NCBI GenBank assembly: GCA_039621445.1
Contig: CP154954.1
Coordinates: forward strand, 17,142,589 to 17,206,588
From: Euglena gracilis
Lineage: Eukaryota
Length of the DNA: 64,000 nt
Direction of reading: 5' to 3'
Shown: positions 36,721 to 50,879 of the stretch, piece after piece
Layout: each line of letters opens with the position of its first letter
Position numbering within the stretch: position 1 is the first letter of the stretch
Notes under the pieces: model-generated
What the model was told of the DNA's origin: nothing
Database searches by the model: none
The model's input: only the letters and a program-made list of their open reading frames with translations
Position numbers and translations under genes: made by a program

Positions 36721-37382
36721 TTTCTCTTGCAAAAATAACCACAGTTGGTGTCGGCTCAACCCCACCCTCCCCCATCTTTCGGGGGGGTGGTCAACAAGGC
36801 GTTCCCGTACAGCCCTGCATCTGAGTTTTGGTGCAAATTGCCAGTTGTCCCCCCACTCATTGTCATTGATCCAAAACGAAAGCAACTGAGCAACAGAGCA
36901 AAAGGCGTGGCTTTCCACTTTCGAATGCAAGTCAATCAACCTTGGAAAAGAGCGATGGTCACGAGGGGTGTTCGGACCCCGGGGGGGGGGGGGTCCTGCG
37001 AGCCGGCTGGAAAAAGGTGCTGGTTGGACCCCCCCTAAGGGGAGAGGTCCAGGGGGGGGGGGGGGTCTTGCCAGCTGGGAGGCCCCGGAGGGTTCCCAAA
37101 AACTGCCCAAAAAGCCCAAATCCAGCTGGGTTGGCTTTTCAAATTTGGGTGTTTCAGCCAAAATTTGGAGGTGGACACCCAAAGACCATCCAAACCGTCA
37201 TTTTGGGCCATTTTTGACCCCTTTTCCAAAATTTTCGGTGCTTTACACCGAAAAATTATCGGCCCAGCCCGCCTTCTCCGGGCTGAACTCAACTCAACTT
37301 CAGCCGACACCGGGGGGACTCCGCAACCCGGGCTGGCTGGAAAAAGGATGCTGGCTGGCGGGGGGGAGGTCCAGCCAGCCAG

Positions 37383-38651
37383 CAGGCATTATTATTTTTT
37401 AAGGCGCCTTAAAAAACCTTAAAAAACCTGAAAAAATTTTTTGCCAAAATGCCTTAAAAAACCTTAAAAACCCTTAAAAAACCTTAAAAAACTCACCCCG
37501 GGGAAGTTTTTCTTCCCCGTGATGACCTTAAAAAACCTTAAAAATTTTCCCTGGGAATTTTTTTTCTTGGAAGGTGTGAAAAATGGGGGTTTGAGGGAGT
37601 TTAATGGCCATTTTTTGAGGAAAAAGATCTAAAGTAATTTTTTGTCATCAAAAAGTGACGTTTTTAAATTTTTCCAGACTTTTTTTTGTTGAGTTTTTTT
37701 TATTTAAAAAAAACACATATTTTTAAAAAACTTGTTTTCTTTTAAAAAATTTATTTATAAAAAACTTGTTTTTTTAAAAAAAAAGTTTTTTTAAAAAACA
37801 TGCTTTTAAAAAAAACATTTTTTGTTTCAAAAAAAACAAGCAGTCAACCTTGGCAAGCACCTATGGTCAAGCCGCAAAATTTCCCCATTTGAGGCCATTT
37901 TAGGCCATTTAAGGCCAACAGGCAAGCAAATGTCCTGAATAGGGTCAGAAATTCAAAGTAATTGCAATGCAAAAAAAACGGATGGTTTCGAGTTTCGATT
38001 TTCTAAGTGACCCACTCTGTATCCCATGCAACAATGTTTTGAGCAATGTGTGGGGGGGTCTATTTCATGGATTTTTGCTCGGACCGGCAGGGGGGGACTT
38101 ATTTTGGGGGGTTATTGCTCACGTGAAAAAGTTGGATTATTGTGTCAGTGTTCATGAGGCTATCCGGTGTGGGTGCACGGGTCAGGGCGGTCCATCAGGG
38201 ACGGGATTTTTTTTTTTAGTTAACTGCCCCTTAAGGACTGCCCTTCCAGGGCAGTTTTGGACCCGAAATAATTTTTCCAGCGCCTTCGGCGCCGGGTGTT
38301 TTTTTTGACCCATTTTGGGACCCATATGCAGGAACCCATAGCTAAAATGGCCTAAAATTCCTAAAATGCCTAGAATGGCCTAAAATTCCTAAAATGCCTA
38401 AAATGGCAATAACTGTCCCTCGTGGACCGCCCTGATCCCATGCTTCGCCCGAGGCTTCTTCCTTGGGCGTTCCGAAGCCACAGGAGTCTGAAGCCATCGG
38501 GCCATCTTCGGGGTCTGAGATTTTACCTGAGGAAAAAAATGCCTTAAAAAACCTTAAAAATTTTTAAAATTCCTCAAAAAACCTTAAAAAACCTTAAAAA
38601 AACGCCTTAAATTTTTTTGAGAAATCTCGCCTTAAAAAAAAATAATGCCTG
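37383..38651. mobile_element. hAT-like non-autonomous element (1.27 kb)
   Basis: TIR CAGGCATTATTATTTTTTAAGGCG / CGCCTTAAAAAAAAATAATGCCTG. TSD CCAGCCAG/GCAGCCAG. Subterminal CCTTAAAAAA repeats at both ends. Confidence 0.85.
38183..38434. mobile_element. MITE nested in 37383-38651
   Basis: TIR CAGGGCGGTCCA / TGGACCGCCCTG. A related terminus occurs inverted at 41110-41167. Confidence 0.75.
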
Positions 38652-39114
38652 GCAGCCAGCCAGCCCCTCCCCAGCTCGAGAAAACCCCTGTTCGTCCCTT
38701 ATAAAATGGCTCTAAATCAATGAATTTTGGCGGATTTTTCAAATCCAAATTCTTTGGTGCGAGACAGCAATCGGTGGTTCGGTCGTTTTTGGCCGACCTC
38801 ACCCACCCCCTGGGGGGAGAGGAGCCAAACAGCACTCCGAAAACCAGTCATCAACCCCGGTGGAAGGTGGGGAACATACTAAACAAAGTCTGGTCAAAGG
38901 GGGATTTTCTGGGTGTGCAGGGTTCAAAAAACCATTTAGGAAAAAAACTCACAGAAAAGAGCTTAAAAGTGCAAAATTAACAAAAATGAAACCCTTCCAA
39001 CGCAAAAAAACCCATGGAGGCAAGGGTAAAAACGATGCCACACAATAATGAAAAATAAATTTGAACACAACAATGAAAAAAGAGTTGCCTGCAAAAGGTC
39101 AATGAGGAATAAGT

Positions 39115-39250
39115 GCTAAATCCTAAACCCTAAATCCTAAATAAATAATAAATATAAATTATAACTAATAAATGATTAATGATAAATAAGAAATAAGAAT
39201 AAATAAATAATAATATTGTCTTTAAATAATAACAATAAAATAACAAAAAC
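39115..39250. repeat. AT-rich low-complexity tract preceded by CCTAAA/CCCTAAA repeats
   Basis: CTAAATCCTAAACCCTAAATCCTAAA followed by (TAAA)-type repeats. Confidence 0.7.
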
Positions 39251-40399
39251 CTCCCGCTTCTTGCCCTCTTACCCCTCGCAAGCTTGCAGCACCTCACCTC
39301 GCCCCCAAAAGCAAAAGCGGTTGCAGATGGGCCTCGTGGATCAGCACACTGCCTGTCCCAAGGCGGGGTACACAGGGAGGGGCATGGGACGCTGGAATAG
39401 GCACCCGGCCGGGGGGGGGGGGGGCAACCCTCCGTTGCGGCGTGGAGGCGGGCGTGGGAGGGCACACTGAAACGGAGCTGGAAGTAAACGGCCGCCCAGC
39501 ATTGGAATGCGCGCAGGGGACTGTCTGCCCCTGGACCTCAATGATGATGGGTGTCCCTAAAGTTAGCAGTGAACAAACAAAGTGATCAAACCATCCGCCG
39601 CAGGCTGCAGAAATGCGCAGGACAAACAAAACGCGTGCCAGATTCTCCGAAGTTGCGGAAAACAAAAAGAATTGGAATAAACACACAAACCGGGGGAAAT
39701 ATCCCAGCAGCCCCAGCCACATCGACCCTGAAGACCCAAGAGACCAGAGGGTGGTTCACCCCCAGCCAAGGCATGGCACAGATCTTGGCCCGGGGGGGGG
39801 GAGGGGGGTCAACGACACGCTGTGTTGGGGACAAAGAGGGGAGGGGGTTTTGGGGGGCACCATCACAAATGGTGCAGGAATGCACTAAGAAACGCAATGA
39901 GAGGACGCTGCTGCTCGTTGTTTTCCCCTCGAATTATTCGGTTAAAAAAAACACACACTGAGTGCAAAGTCTGGGGCCCTTCCACGCAGATGGGTGGAAG
40001 TACAGCGGGCTGAGCTGCGCTGATGGGGAACTAGGATGAGGTTGGCTGGGACTTGTGGCACGGCACTTCCAACAGCAAAACTTTGCAACTTTTCAAAAAA
40101 AAATTGATGCAAAGTGCCGTACGAAGAAAAGTGACCTTTCGGGGAGTCCTTGTTCCCTTGGCAGGACGGACACGCAACATGAAGGCAGGGAGACACCCCA
40201 TCGGTACCTAACTAAAAAAAAGAAAATCCTGTCCCAATACACTTCAACCGAAAAACAAGGATTTTTTACATTCAGGCGTCACTCTCCATCCACTCCGCAA
40301 TGAGAAGTGCCCCCGACTTGTGACCAAGGGTGCAGGATTCCCGCCTTTGATAAAGAGTGGTCCTCAGGACGACAAAAAATAGGCCATGCGTGGGGGATG

Positions 40400-40760
40400 T
40401 ATGACCGTTTTTGGCTGGTTTTGACCATTTTTGGCTGTTTTTGGCCATCTGTGGCCCTTTTTGACCATTTTTTTGGCTACTTTTCACCATTTTTGGCCAC
40501 TTTTGAGCGTTTTGGGACATTTTCGGCCAGTTGGCCTGACTGTTTGTCACTTTTTGGCTACTGTTGGCCATTACTTTTGCCAAGAGTTAACCGAAATGGC
40601 CCAAAATGGACAAAAATTCCGCCAAAGAAGTTTGGCCAAATTTTGGCCAACTTTGACAATTCTCCACCTTTTGTTGCAACCTTGCACATCGTTTTTGGTA
40701 AATTTTTTGGAGTCAAAATTGAGGGGCTTGTGGTTTTTTGAGCCACTTTGGGCATTTTCA
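40400..40760. repeat. Degenerate 10-11-bp TTTTGGCCA-type minisatellite; similar tracts at 42000-42285 and 42685-42815
   Basis: Periodic TTTT(T)GGC(C/T)A motifs. Confidence 0.7.
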
Positions 40761-42287
40761 GCCAGGTCAACCCCAGGTCAACCCCAGCTGCAAAAAAAAA
40801 CAATGTGCAAAAGAAAAAAATTGTTCCTTATGGGCCAACATTGTTTACAAAAAGATCGCATCTGGGGGATCCTTGGACAAGCCCGGTCGCTGGACAAGGG
40901 GCCCCCACCCCCCGGAGAGGGAACTCTCAAAACTAATTTTTTGAGAAAATGTTGAATTTTTGGAAGGTGTGAAAAAATGGGGGTTTGAGGGGTTTTTGGG
41001 GGGACCTCCCATATGGGTTCCAAAATGGGTCAAAAAAACACCTGGCGCCGAAGGCGCCGGAAAAAAATTTTCGGGTCCATTTTTTCGGGTTTTTTTGTAT
41101 TGAGGGGGTCCTTAAGGGGCGGTCCTTAACTAAAAAAAAAAAATCCCGTCCCTTACAGACCGCCCTGCCGAGAGCCAAAATGTGACGCCTTCCTTGTGAC
41201 AGACCGCGGTGTGGGGTGTGTGTTCCAATAAACAAATAATATGGGCAGAACCAGGGAGTGGTGCTTAGACAAGGAGGACTGACTGGAATCCTCCACGCCG
41301 CGCCGAAAGTCGTAATTTTGCTTCATCTTTGGCACCTTTCGTAGAGGAAACGTTCTCCCAGGAAGATGACCTGTCAAAAGAAGACTGAGAACCAGGGAGT
41401 GCTTAAGGCAAGGGTGGAGGGTGGTTCGTTTTGGTGGTTCTTGAGGGTACAGGGACAGTTGCCTCCATCGGGGGGGGGGGAGGGGACTTGAACAGGAGAA
41501 ATGTGCAGGATATTGTTGTTGGAAATTGTTGTGGGAAAAACTGTGGCCAAAATTTTGTCCAGGATTTCCCCCGCCGTTTTAAGGATCCGCCATTTTCCTG
41601 GCAGATTTGAGAAAAATACAATTTCCTCCAATGAACGCCCAAAAAATTTTCTTTGTGCCAATTCTCGGAATGCATTTTTTGTTCACCTGTTGGAAGGTGC
41701 ACTGATCATCCAAAGAAAATGTGTTCTTCGCTTTATTTTGCAAAATGGGTTCGAGAGACTTTTTTGTCCAGAATTTTTTACACCTTCATTTAAGCATTGG
41801 TCCAGGATTTTCCCTCACGGTGATTTCCCCAACAGCAGCTGTCCATGTCAACCTTTTCCCCCTCTGGCACCAGCACCTACAGCCACTACCCATTTTGGTG
41901 CTCTAGTCAGCCCTGGTCGGCCCTGGCCGGCAGGTAGTCAGCCATAGGAGGGAGTGTCAATAATGGGCATATATCAAGACCACATAATGCACTTGTAAGA
42001 CACTTTTGCCGCCTTTTGGCCGCGTTTAGCTGCTTTTGGGAGGCTTTTGAGGACGTTTGGCCATTTTGGGTTGCTTTCGCCCATATTTAGCTAATTTTTT
42101 TTGCGACGAGTTCAGCATTTTTTTTTGGCTGCTTCAAGTTGCTCTTTGTCAACTTTTATGCTCTTTTAGGTCCTGATTGCTTTTGGCCGCTTTGGCAACT
42201 TTGGCCGCGTTCGGGCAATGTTTGGCAACTTTGCAAACTTTTGGCTGCTTTTGACTGCTTTTGAGCGCCTTTGGTCAATTTTGGTCA

Positions 42288-42666
42288 CAGGGGGGGGGGG
42301 GGGGGGGGGTGGGGGGGGGGGGGGGGTTTTTTTATTTTTTTTTTTTTTTTTTCTGGGGGGGGGGGGGGGGCGCTGCGCGCCGAGGTGGAAATGAGGGTTT
42401 TAATAGGTTTTTGGCTGATTTTGTTCCAAAAAAATTCCCAAAAATGGCCAAAAACGGGCATTTTTGGCCATTTTGGGGGGTCCGAAAAAAAATTGCGGCG
42501 CTTCGCGCCGGTCACTGGAAATTTTTTTTTCCACTAGCTAGCCCTGCTAGCAGGCCCCCCCCCCGGGGGGGTGGTCTGCTAGAAATCCCACTGGCCAAAT
42601 TTGGACTAGCTGCAGTCCAGCCCCCCCGGGGGGGGGGGGTACTGCAATCCCTTAAGCAAATGCCTG
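42288..42666. mobile_element. Second copy of the 32016-32439 MITE family, left part garbled
   Basis: 42370-42666 is closely similar to 32154-32439 and ends CCCTTAAGCAAATGCCTG. Confidence 0.85.
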
Positions 42667-44694
42667 GTCAGAAGTGGTTACGTCTCGGCCACTTTTGGTT
42701 ACTTCTAATTGCGTTTTAGCCAATTTTGGCCACCTTTCAGCCACTGCACACTTTTTGGCCACAATTTTTGGTGGCTTTTGGCAGCTTATGACAGCCTCTG
42801 ACTGCTTTTTGCCACTCTTGTCACCCACATCGGTGGAGTTTATGCCCTCGGACTCCATGTCATATGTGCGTGAGCAGCCAACTCTTTACCTGGGTATCCC
42901 CCCCCGACTCATACTCATATCTTCCAACCCAGTGCTCAGACCCAGGGAGTTGACAACTCTCATTTGCCATTTCAGTTCAGAGAGCAGCGACGAAGAAAAG
43001 AGCTTAAGTGCGAGATGCACTGCCCAAGTGGATTGCCCCCCCACCTAAACAGGGACATGGCCAAAATGAATAATTTGAGGTACGGTGCAGAGTGCTGGGC
43101 CGAAAAACCCTTTACCCAAATCGACCCAAGGTGCAACTTTAGCACTTTGGGCGATCGGGTCCCATTGTGAGGGGGACCCGATCAGGACGACAAGGACCGG
43201 GGAATATTCCCCTGGGTTCGTGGGGCTACCGTGTATCAGCGTGTCACCAACTCAGCCTAGCATCCCACCGCCGATGGGGGGGGGGGGGGACTGGAGCTGG
43301 CGGTCCATTTGTTCATTGTGTTGGGTGCTTCAAAAAGCAAAGGGTGAACCTGCCACCCCACCTCCACAACACCACCCTGGGGCTGGCAGTTGTCATACAG
43401 GGGATGAGGGGTGGCGGGACTGGGGTTTTGGTGGTTTTTTGTCGGTGTTTTTCACTTTGGGGGGATAGGTCCGGGGGGTTGCGTGTCATTCCGACCTCAA
43501 AAACAGCAAAAAAAAAAACACGTAATTCCCAAGAGCGGTGCCCAAAGCGAGGGACCGCCCGTATTTTGTCCAACCCTGCTCCCTCTCGCTCTCACCCCTT
43601 GTAACGCCGGTGCTCAAATTGGTTTTTTGTCGGTGTTTGAAAATACGCACATCGACCAAAAAAAAGCTTAAGTGCGAGATGCACCGCCTAAGATCCTTCC
43701 CAGTTGTCTTGTCGATCTGTTCTGGTTCTTACACCAGGGGAGGGGGACAAAGGCCACCAGAAGATGCCAAGGGTGGCAGCATCTTGATAAAGAAAAAACC
43801 AGTGCCTGCAGATGGCGTGGTTGCATAGAAATTTCTGTGGCTCCACCTTCCTCCTGGCATCCTGCTAACCAGCACGGGGAAATACTCGCAAGCGCTGGTA
43901 GCTGTCTGCTTTACAAGATGGCTCTTCCTGAGCAAGATTGTGCCGACGCCACAACATAAAATACTCACCCAGAAATATGCTTACCCTTCCAGCCACCCCC
44001 TGAAGGACCAGGAACTTCAGGGGGGGGGGCTGTTCAAGGAGGCCGGGAGGGTGGGCCCAACCCCCCCCCTCCCGGGAGGTGCGTCGCCCCCCCCCACCAT
44101 AGCAGTTCGCAAAGGAATGTTTTGACCTAAAACCCCCCAAACACCACCCACAGGGTTGCGGGAATTCCCGCACAGCTCTGGGAACCAACCACAAAAAAGT
44201 GCGCAAAAAGACCAACCATTTGCCTGCAATGAACCCTTCGGAGTGGCGCAGTCAGGTGTGGGCCAACACGCACACATGCAAGCCCGAGCTGTTTCGCAAG
44301 CAGCGCAGAGGGAACGCGACGCACGATCCGGAATACTTGCAGAGCCTCCAAGAGCTTTCGAACCAAGAGCACAACAAAAATTGGGGCCCTTGGTTCAGTG
44401 AGCAGGGAAATTGACAGAATGGTCCATAGGCTTGGCGACGCCTGCAAATGCCAGACAGCGTGGAAGGCAGACCGAACATTTCTATGTCTGACAGCAAAGG
44501 TTTCCTAGATGAGTTCTTTCTTCATTTGCACCTCGACCACAGAAACTGCGAAAAATGGGGAGGTTGAAGTATATGCCTTCATAGGGAGAAAATAGAACGC
44601 ACTACCAGATGGTTTAAACCCCCCATGGTGACAAACATATTATCATACAATTGCCACTATACGCAATCGAAGGATGAAACTAACGCCAAAATAT

Positions 44695-44742
44695 GAAATA
44701 TAATATATATATAATATATATATATGTATATGTATATATATG

Positions 44743-44789
<47 letters not shown>

Positions 44790-44843
44790 GTATGTATGTA
44801 TATATATATGTATGTGTGTATATATGTATATATATGTATATAT
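44695..44843. repeat. (TA)n/(TATG) microsatellite
   Basis: Direct inspection. Confidence 0.95.
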
Positions 44844-45124
44844 AAGAAGGGGCCAAAAAGGATCCAGGAGAGGATGGCTCGATCAACAGAAATCTGGTGT
44901 GTATTACACAAAATAAAAGGCATATCAAAGTCATTACACAAATCAAAGCATATCAAGAACATGTGAAAAAAGAGAATATTGGAGAACAGCATCATTCTGA
45001 CGAATGCTAGAAAGAAAATCTGAAAATTAGAACGGGGAAAGCGGTGGGGGTGCCACAATAAAAAAAGAACATGCTGTTTAAAACTGTTGTATCCTAAATT
45101 CCCCTGGGTGGAAAACGTGATGGG

Positions 45125-45310
45125 CGTGTTAGTGCGCACATTTGCGCAAATAATAATAATAAATAATAATCACAATTGCGTTTGTTTGCGCATTTGCGCA
45201 AATGCGCAAATAAACATTTAACAAACCGCTTCGAGATGATGTGTTTCAGCGAGCCTTAACGCACACAAACAATGTTTGTTTATTTGCGCAAATGCGCAAA
45301 TAAAAAACAT
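45125..45310. repeat. TTTGCGCA palindromic repeat cluster
   Basis: Includes the perfect palindrome TTTGCGCATTTGCGCAAATGCGCAAA. CGTGTTAGTGCGC is shared with 51126. Confidence 0.8.
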
Positions 45311-46157
45311 GAGTTGTGTGACACCATCTCCTGCTCTGTGACAGCTGGCGAACGCAATTCCTCACGCCAACCATTGAATTGCACCACGATTACATGGCGA
45401 TGAAATTTGTGGTGAGAGGTAGTGTGTAATGCTCACTGGAACACGGCATGTGACGGGCCAAAATTTGCCTGCCTTATGTGTGCACATTTGCACTGCTGTT
45501 ACCCGGCCCACACGACCTGTTCCTTTGGCGTCATCTGTTTGGCAGTTAAACGTCATGAACTGATGACGTGCAAACTACCTGTGTCTGTTTGACACCTTTT
45601 CTGCAACAGTACTGCGTTGCAAGAAGTCAAAATTTGGCATCTGAAATGCCCGGGATGCGTCGGGCCGGAGTCCGTTTTATGGTTTTTCTCCACCATTTTC
45701 CCCTTGAAAAACGTAAAACACACCAGTTTTTGTGCATAATTTGGGGGGAGTGAGTCCCACCGCTTTGAGGCCACCAATCCAGTGGTACACGTTCACCACT
45801 TCCTTGCACCCAAAGTAGCGGGTGTTTGAGGGCTGTCTCTCTCCGGCCGCTGGTTGCCATGCACTGGCACCACGTTGTCCCCCCTATCAAACCCTGAGCC
45901 CAGGCCGCAGGTCAGCGGCAGGGCCCTTGGGACCCAAAAATTGGTGCCGGTGGAGGTGCACCGTTACTGGGTGGCTGCGCACTCACCTTCAGGAGATCCT
46001 CTGTCTCAACCTTCCCTGGGACCTGTCAATGGTCCAAAAACGGCCCCATAACACCATATGCCAGAGGAGATGGTGTGGTCACTTGGTTGAACCCATTCAG
46101 AAGCCACTAAGGGTAGCTGTAGGAGGGCCAAACGAAATCGTTTTTACTTCTCCATTG

Positions 46158-49100
46158 GTTGTTCATTTGCGCATTTGCGCGCATCACGTTGTTTTGGGCG
46201 CAAATGCGCAATAAACCAGATGTAAATTGTGCAGTTTCTTCATGCAGTTTATTTGCGCATTTGCGCCCACAAACAACGTGATGCGCGCAAATGCGCAAAT
46301 GAACCACATCTGCTGCTGGTGTTTGACGGTTGTGTTTCCGTCACACCGTCCTTCTTTGTGTTTATTTGCGCATTTGCGCAAATAAACAAAGAACATGTTT
46401 GTTTGCGCATTTGCGCAAATGCGCGCATAAACATAATTTTGTTTGTGCGCGCATTTGCGCCCATAAGCTTGTGCCGTCGACAAACAGCGTGACAAACCCA
46501 CCAACTGGAGGGCCCGTTGGTCTGCGCACTTGCTTGCGCACAGCTGCTCCGTCACGCCGTTTATCAATGGCGTCAGTTCATGGGTGCCAAAGCCCAATCC
46601 TTGAAGGACATGTTTATCCTAGGCGGCGCGAATTGCCCAACCAAATTTTGCGTTTTTTGACGTTTTTTGGCTGTTTTGAAACCCCCCTAAAAGGGCACAA
46701 AATTCTGGGTTGAGAGGGGTGTGCTGTAGCTTTGGGCTAAAATTTTCTGGAAGTGGTTTTGCGCGGTAATCCGCTTAAACGATTTTCGATTGTGTGTGAA
46801 CTGAGTGAGTTTTGGGGGTGCACTAGAAATGTTTGAAATGGCTGGGAAAACACCGACTTTGAATGGGTGTGACAAGGGGCTGTGTGTCAGTGGTTTATGT
46901 TAATAACGGTATTTGAGAAACAAATGAATATTGCAAGCGTACGTGGATAACCGTGTATCAAGAGGTGTCAGACGACGGAGTTAAACGTTTAGGCGGATAT
47001 CCGTGCAGAACAAATTTGTACGCGTATTACCGCCTAAACGAGAAAGCAACGCATGGTACACGGATTACCGCCTAACATAACACAAACAGTTGATGACTGG
47101 TAGGAGGGAATCCGCCTGCTGTATGTGTATAAGTGGGGAGTGTATGGCGAACTGGTGTAGGCGGGAATCCGTCTGGGAGTAAAGAAGAAACAATGGTGGT
47201 GTCCTGGTGGTGTTGATCTCACCCCCCCCCCCGTGAGACTGGCATAGGCCAGGTGCTGGGGTCTGCTGGGGTCTCTGGAATGGGGGACAGTAACATCACG
47301 GCCAATGGTAGCTGGGGAACTCCCTGACGACGTGGGCAAGTGCCACCTGACGATATCCTGCCCTCCCCAACGCACTTGGATAGAAAAAGGTTCCTGTCCA
47401 AAAACGACCCAAAAACAAAAAAAAGAGAAGAAGTGACTGACTTATGAAACTCTGCACTCGCAGCATCCGGTATGAGCCAAAACCCACAAAATCTTTCCCC
47501 CCAACAACAATTTTGTTTTAGGCGGTTAACCGCCTGACCATTTCCACAATAATTTCAAAACACCATTGAGGAGTTGGCATGGGGTTGGGTGGGGACCAAG
47601 AGACGACGTGGGCAGTTATCCGCTAAAAACAAAATACAGAGTGCCCGCTCAGGAGGCCAACGGCTGACTTGTCACACTTGAGCACTGAGGCCTGGTCTCC
47701 TTTTACGAGTTCGGATGGAAACGGGGTTTGCACAAACAAAATATATGAGATGGAGGGGGGGGGGGCATACCAGCTGTGAGGTCAGAGAAGTCAGGCGGGA
47801 AACCGCCTGGCCGGGTTAAGGGTGGGTGGGAAGAAAAAGCAAAGCATTTGTGGACGATGGGGTGGGGGTGGAAGATGGAAACCGCCCTAGAAATGAACTC
47901 TGCTGGTTTGTTTGCAAAGTATTGCCAGTCACAGGCGTGAAACTTTGCAGAGTACACGGACGACAGACTTTTGTTGCCAGGCTGCCAGGCAGTTTGCAAC
48001 TGAATGGTGTCTGGCATGTTGTGGTGAGTTTGAGGGGCGGAGGTTTATGGAAACCAGGGAGAGGAGATTGCACCAGCAGGGTTTAACCAAACGAGGAGAG
48101 ACGGCCAGCCCTTAAACTTGGGCACTCAGAGCAGGGGTGGTTTCCAAAAGGACCGGACACACTTGTGCTGAGGCTGATTTCATGGATGGAAGCCAAATGC
48201 ACCGCGTCAAACATCGACCCAGCGTTGGTTGAGAACGACAACCTTTTGGTTTACCCCCCTTCCACGTGGTTTCTAACTGTGGAGACCACGGTTGCCTCCT
48301 CCGGAGGCACGTTGCCGGACCCGAAGGAGGAAGAGCCAGAAAAAAAGAGGTGCTTTGGGCATTTTGTCTGAAAAGGTTGCTTTGGGCATTTTGGTCTGAA
48401 AATTCAACTGCAGCAAAAACTGCAGCTTTTCAAAGGAAAAATGTTGTAAAGCTCCTTCAAAAAACAATTACAATGGCCTTGTATTTTTCAGAACTTGGAG
48501 GACTCCTTCCAAAAAACCCACAAAATTTTTTGATTGCTGCCACCAGCTGCTGAAATAAGTGTTTCTCCGTCCATATTTTGAATCACTTCTTCGTCAGCCT
48601 TCCACAAACCCTGATTTTGGGCCACAAACACCGTTGGGTTCCAAGTGGAGGGCCCTACGAGGGACTTTTGTTCCTCCTGAGAAATCAACCTCAGCATTTT
48701 GGCTGTTTTTCGGGGACAAGTAACAAAATATCACCTCCACCGCAGTTCACCCGGCCCGGCAACTGACATATGTGTTCCACTGCTCTCCCTGCACACGACA
48801 CCTTCACCGCTAGCCAGGGGGAACATTACCGCCTCCTCATTGGAGAGGAGGGTGTCCACCTCCTGCTCAAATGCCAGGCGGGTTTCTGCCTGCTCGGGTG
48901 CTTGCTGTCCCGCCGCAGCAGCCACAGCTTCCTTTCAACCTGTCCCGCCCAACTTTCAAACATTGTGCCGCCGACACCGACCACCGACGCAGACACTTCG
49001 GGACACCAAAAAAAACAGACACAACCCATCACAACAGCAACAAGCTCCACGCAGGTTTCCGCCCAAACCTCATCTGGGCGGAAGCCCGCGCAAAATAAAA

Positions 49101-50759
49101 ATGAAGTAGGCGGATAACCGCCCACTGCTACCATTCACCAAAGTCTCAAAATCACCTCCCTCTCCCCCAAATTTGTTCATTAACAACTTCACATGATGAC
49201 CCACTTCTGGAGGTTTCAGCGCGTTCCCACTTGCTGCTCCCATATGTCATCCACAAACTAGAACGCTTCTCATTTCCAAACCCTTCTGCGCGGGTTTCCG
49301 CCTAAAGATCTCCAACTCACCCATATCAATCATTTGCCGTGTGTGACACCCCACCCCGACACAGCACCATCCACCACACAAAATGAAAATCCAACACGCC
49401 CACTCATTCTGGTCAGCTGTGCATGAAGCTTTCTAACGTTTCATGCATTGATGTGCACGGAGATCCGCCTGAAAAGGGTCTTACAAAAACTTCCCAAAAA
49501 AGTTTTGTTCTGTTTCCGCACCGCCTCAAACAAAATTTTTAAGCATCTCCAGGGGGGGGAAATGCGCTGGATGGCCCTCGGAAAAAATGCGCAAAAATGC
49601 GCAAAAAAATGCGCAAAAAATGCGCTGAGTTTGTGACATTCCTAAGGGAAAAAGGACTTGGACAAATTTCCAACAGTAAACCCAAAATTACACCAAAATC
49701 ACCAAAAAGAGCTGAAATGAAGGCATTTTGGCCAAAAAAGTGCGAAAATGGGTTCGTTGGTTACAGAAATGGGTCAGTTGAACGTGGGCAAAATTCGGTG
49801 AGCATGTGATTTGGGTGGAAAATGTGCAAAAATGGCAAAATGTGCAAAATTGGGCAAAAAAAGGCGCAAAAAAGGCGCAAAATTGAAAATGTGCAAAATT
49901 GGGCAAAAAATGCGCAAAAAAGGCGCAAAAAAATGGACAATGTGCATGCAAAAATGGGGGGGAAATTTGCAAAAAAAAATGCACAAAAAAATGCGCAAAA
50001 ATGCGCAAAAATGCGCATTTTTGAAAAATTGACAAAAATGCGCAAAAAATGCGCAAAAATGCGAAAAAATGCGAAACGCATTTCCCCCCCCCCTGCATCT
50101 CTCAGCAGAGGTTGACAGGTGGGAAAAAATGTTCAGATTTGCGTGGCACAGCTGTGTCGTCAACAGGAAACTTGTGCGCTGACAAATTAAGGAAACCACG
50201 CACTCAAACCGCATCCCATTTCAGTTCACCTTGGCCACAAGTTTCTCAACGTTCTTGAACTTGTGATGGCCAGAATGGTGTTGAAGCCTTTCCCAACCCC
50301 CCCTGTTCCGGATAACAGCACAGGCAGCCACGTCCCCCTCCCTCCCGTGCCTTCCTGGTCCAACTGTCAGCCCGCGCTGCCAAATGATACATCGTGGTGC
50401 ACAGCCCAGGAGCAGGGGCATGCTGGGGAGCTTGTAAACCAATCAGGACACCCGGGGCAAGCACACACAGCACACACCTCGTTACGGAATTGTCACTGCT
50501 TTAGGCGGTAAACCGCCTAACCTCATTTTTACCTTTCTTCCCAGGCCAGCCCCCTCCGTAAGAGTAGCATCTCTTCATCACAAAACCCAATTTTGCGCGG
50601 TTTACCACCTAACACGTCCCTTCCAGAAATTATAGCATCTTTTGGGCAGTGCTGTCTGTTCACCTTCCCCATCACTGGACCTCGGAACTCACGAGAGGTT
50701 CAAAAATGGGCGGGTTGCTTAGGCGGTTGCCTCTTCTTCACCTGCCACACCGTGTCACC
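46158..50759. repeat. Duplicated block C, right (inverted) copy
   Basis: Reverse complement of 7436-11434. Confidence 0.95.
49550..50095. mobile_element. hAT-like MITE (546 bp) present only in the right copy of block C
   Basis: TIR CAG(G)nAAATGCG / CGCATTT(C)nTG with flanking direct repeat CATCTC. Internal AAAATGCGC repeats. Empty site at about 8090-8100. Confidence 0.9.
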
Positions 50760-50879
50760 CCCCCTCCAGAGGGGGGGTCCGGCAGCATCGCCAGACAACC
50801 GGGGCTCCAGAGGCCAGGCGTTCTCCGGCTGTTTTCTGGTTTTCAAATTTTCAGGGCGTTCCAGGGGGGGGGGGTGTTT

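Larger units (their letters stand above)
36963..38690. mobile_element. CCAGC-rich hAT-like MITE hosting nested insertions
   Basis: GAGGGGTGTTC...GAAAACCCCTG ends. The CCAGCCAGCC run is split by the 37383-38651 element. Confidence 0.55.

Noticed and set aside
42288-42370. G/T homopolymer block as a G-quadruplex feature (also 54770-54845 and 55370-55440)
   Set aside because: At 42288 it replaces the normal left end of a known MITE, so it looks like base-calling or consensus degradation. Similar garbling occurs at 16760-16880 and 59600-59960.
44657-45139. 160-aa Tyr/Ile-rich ORF
   Set aside because: Read-through of the (TA)n microsatellite.
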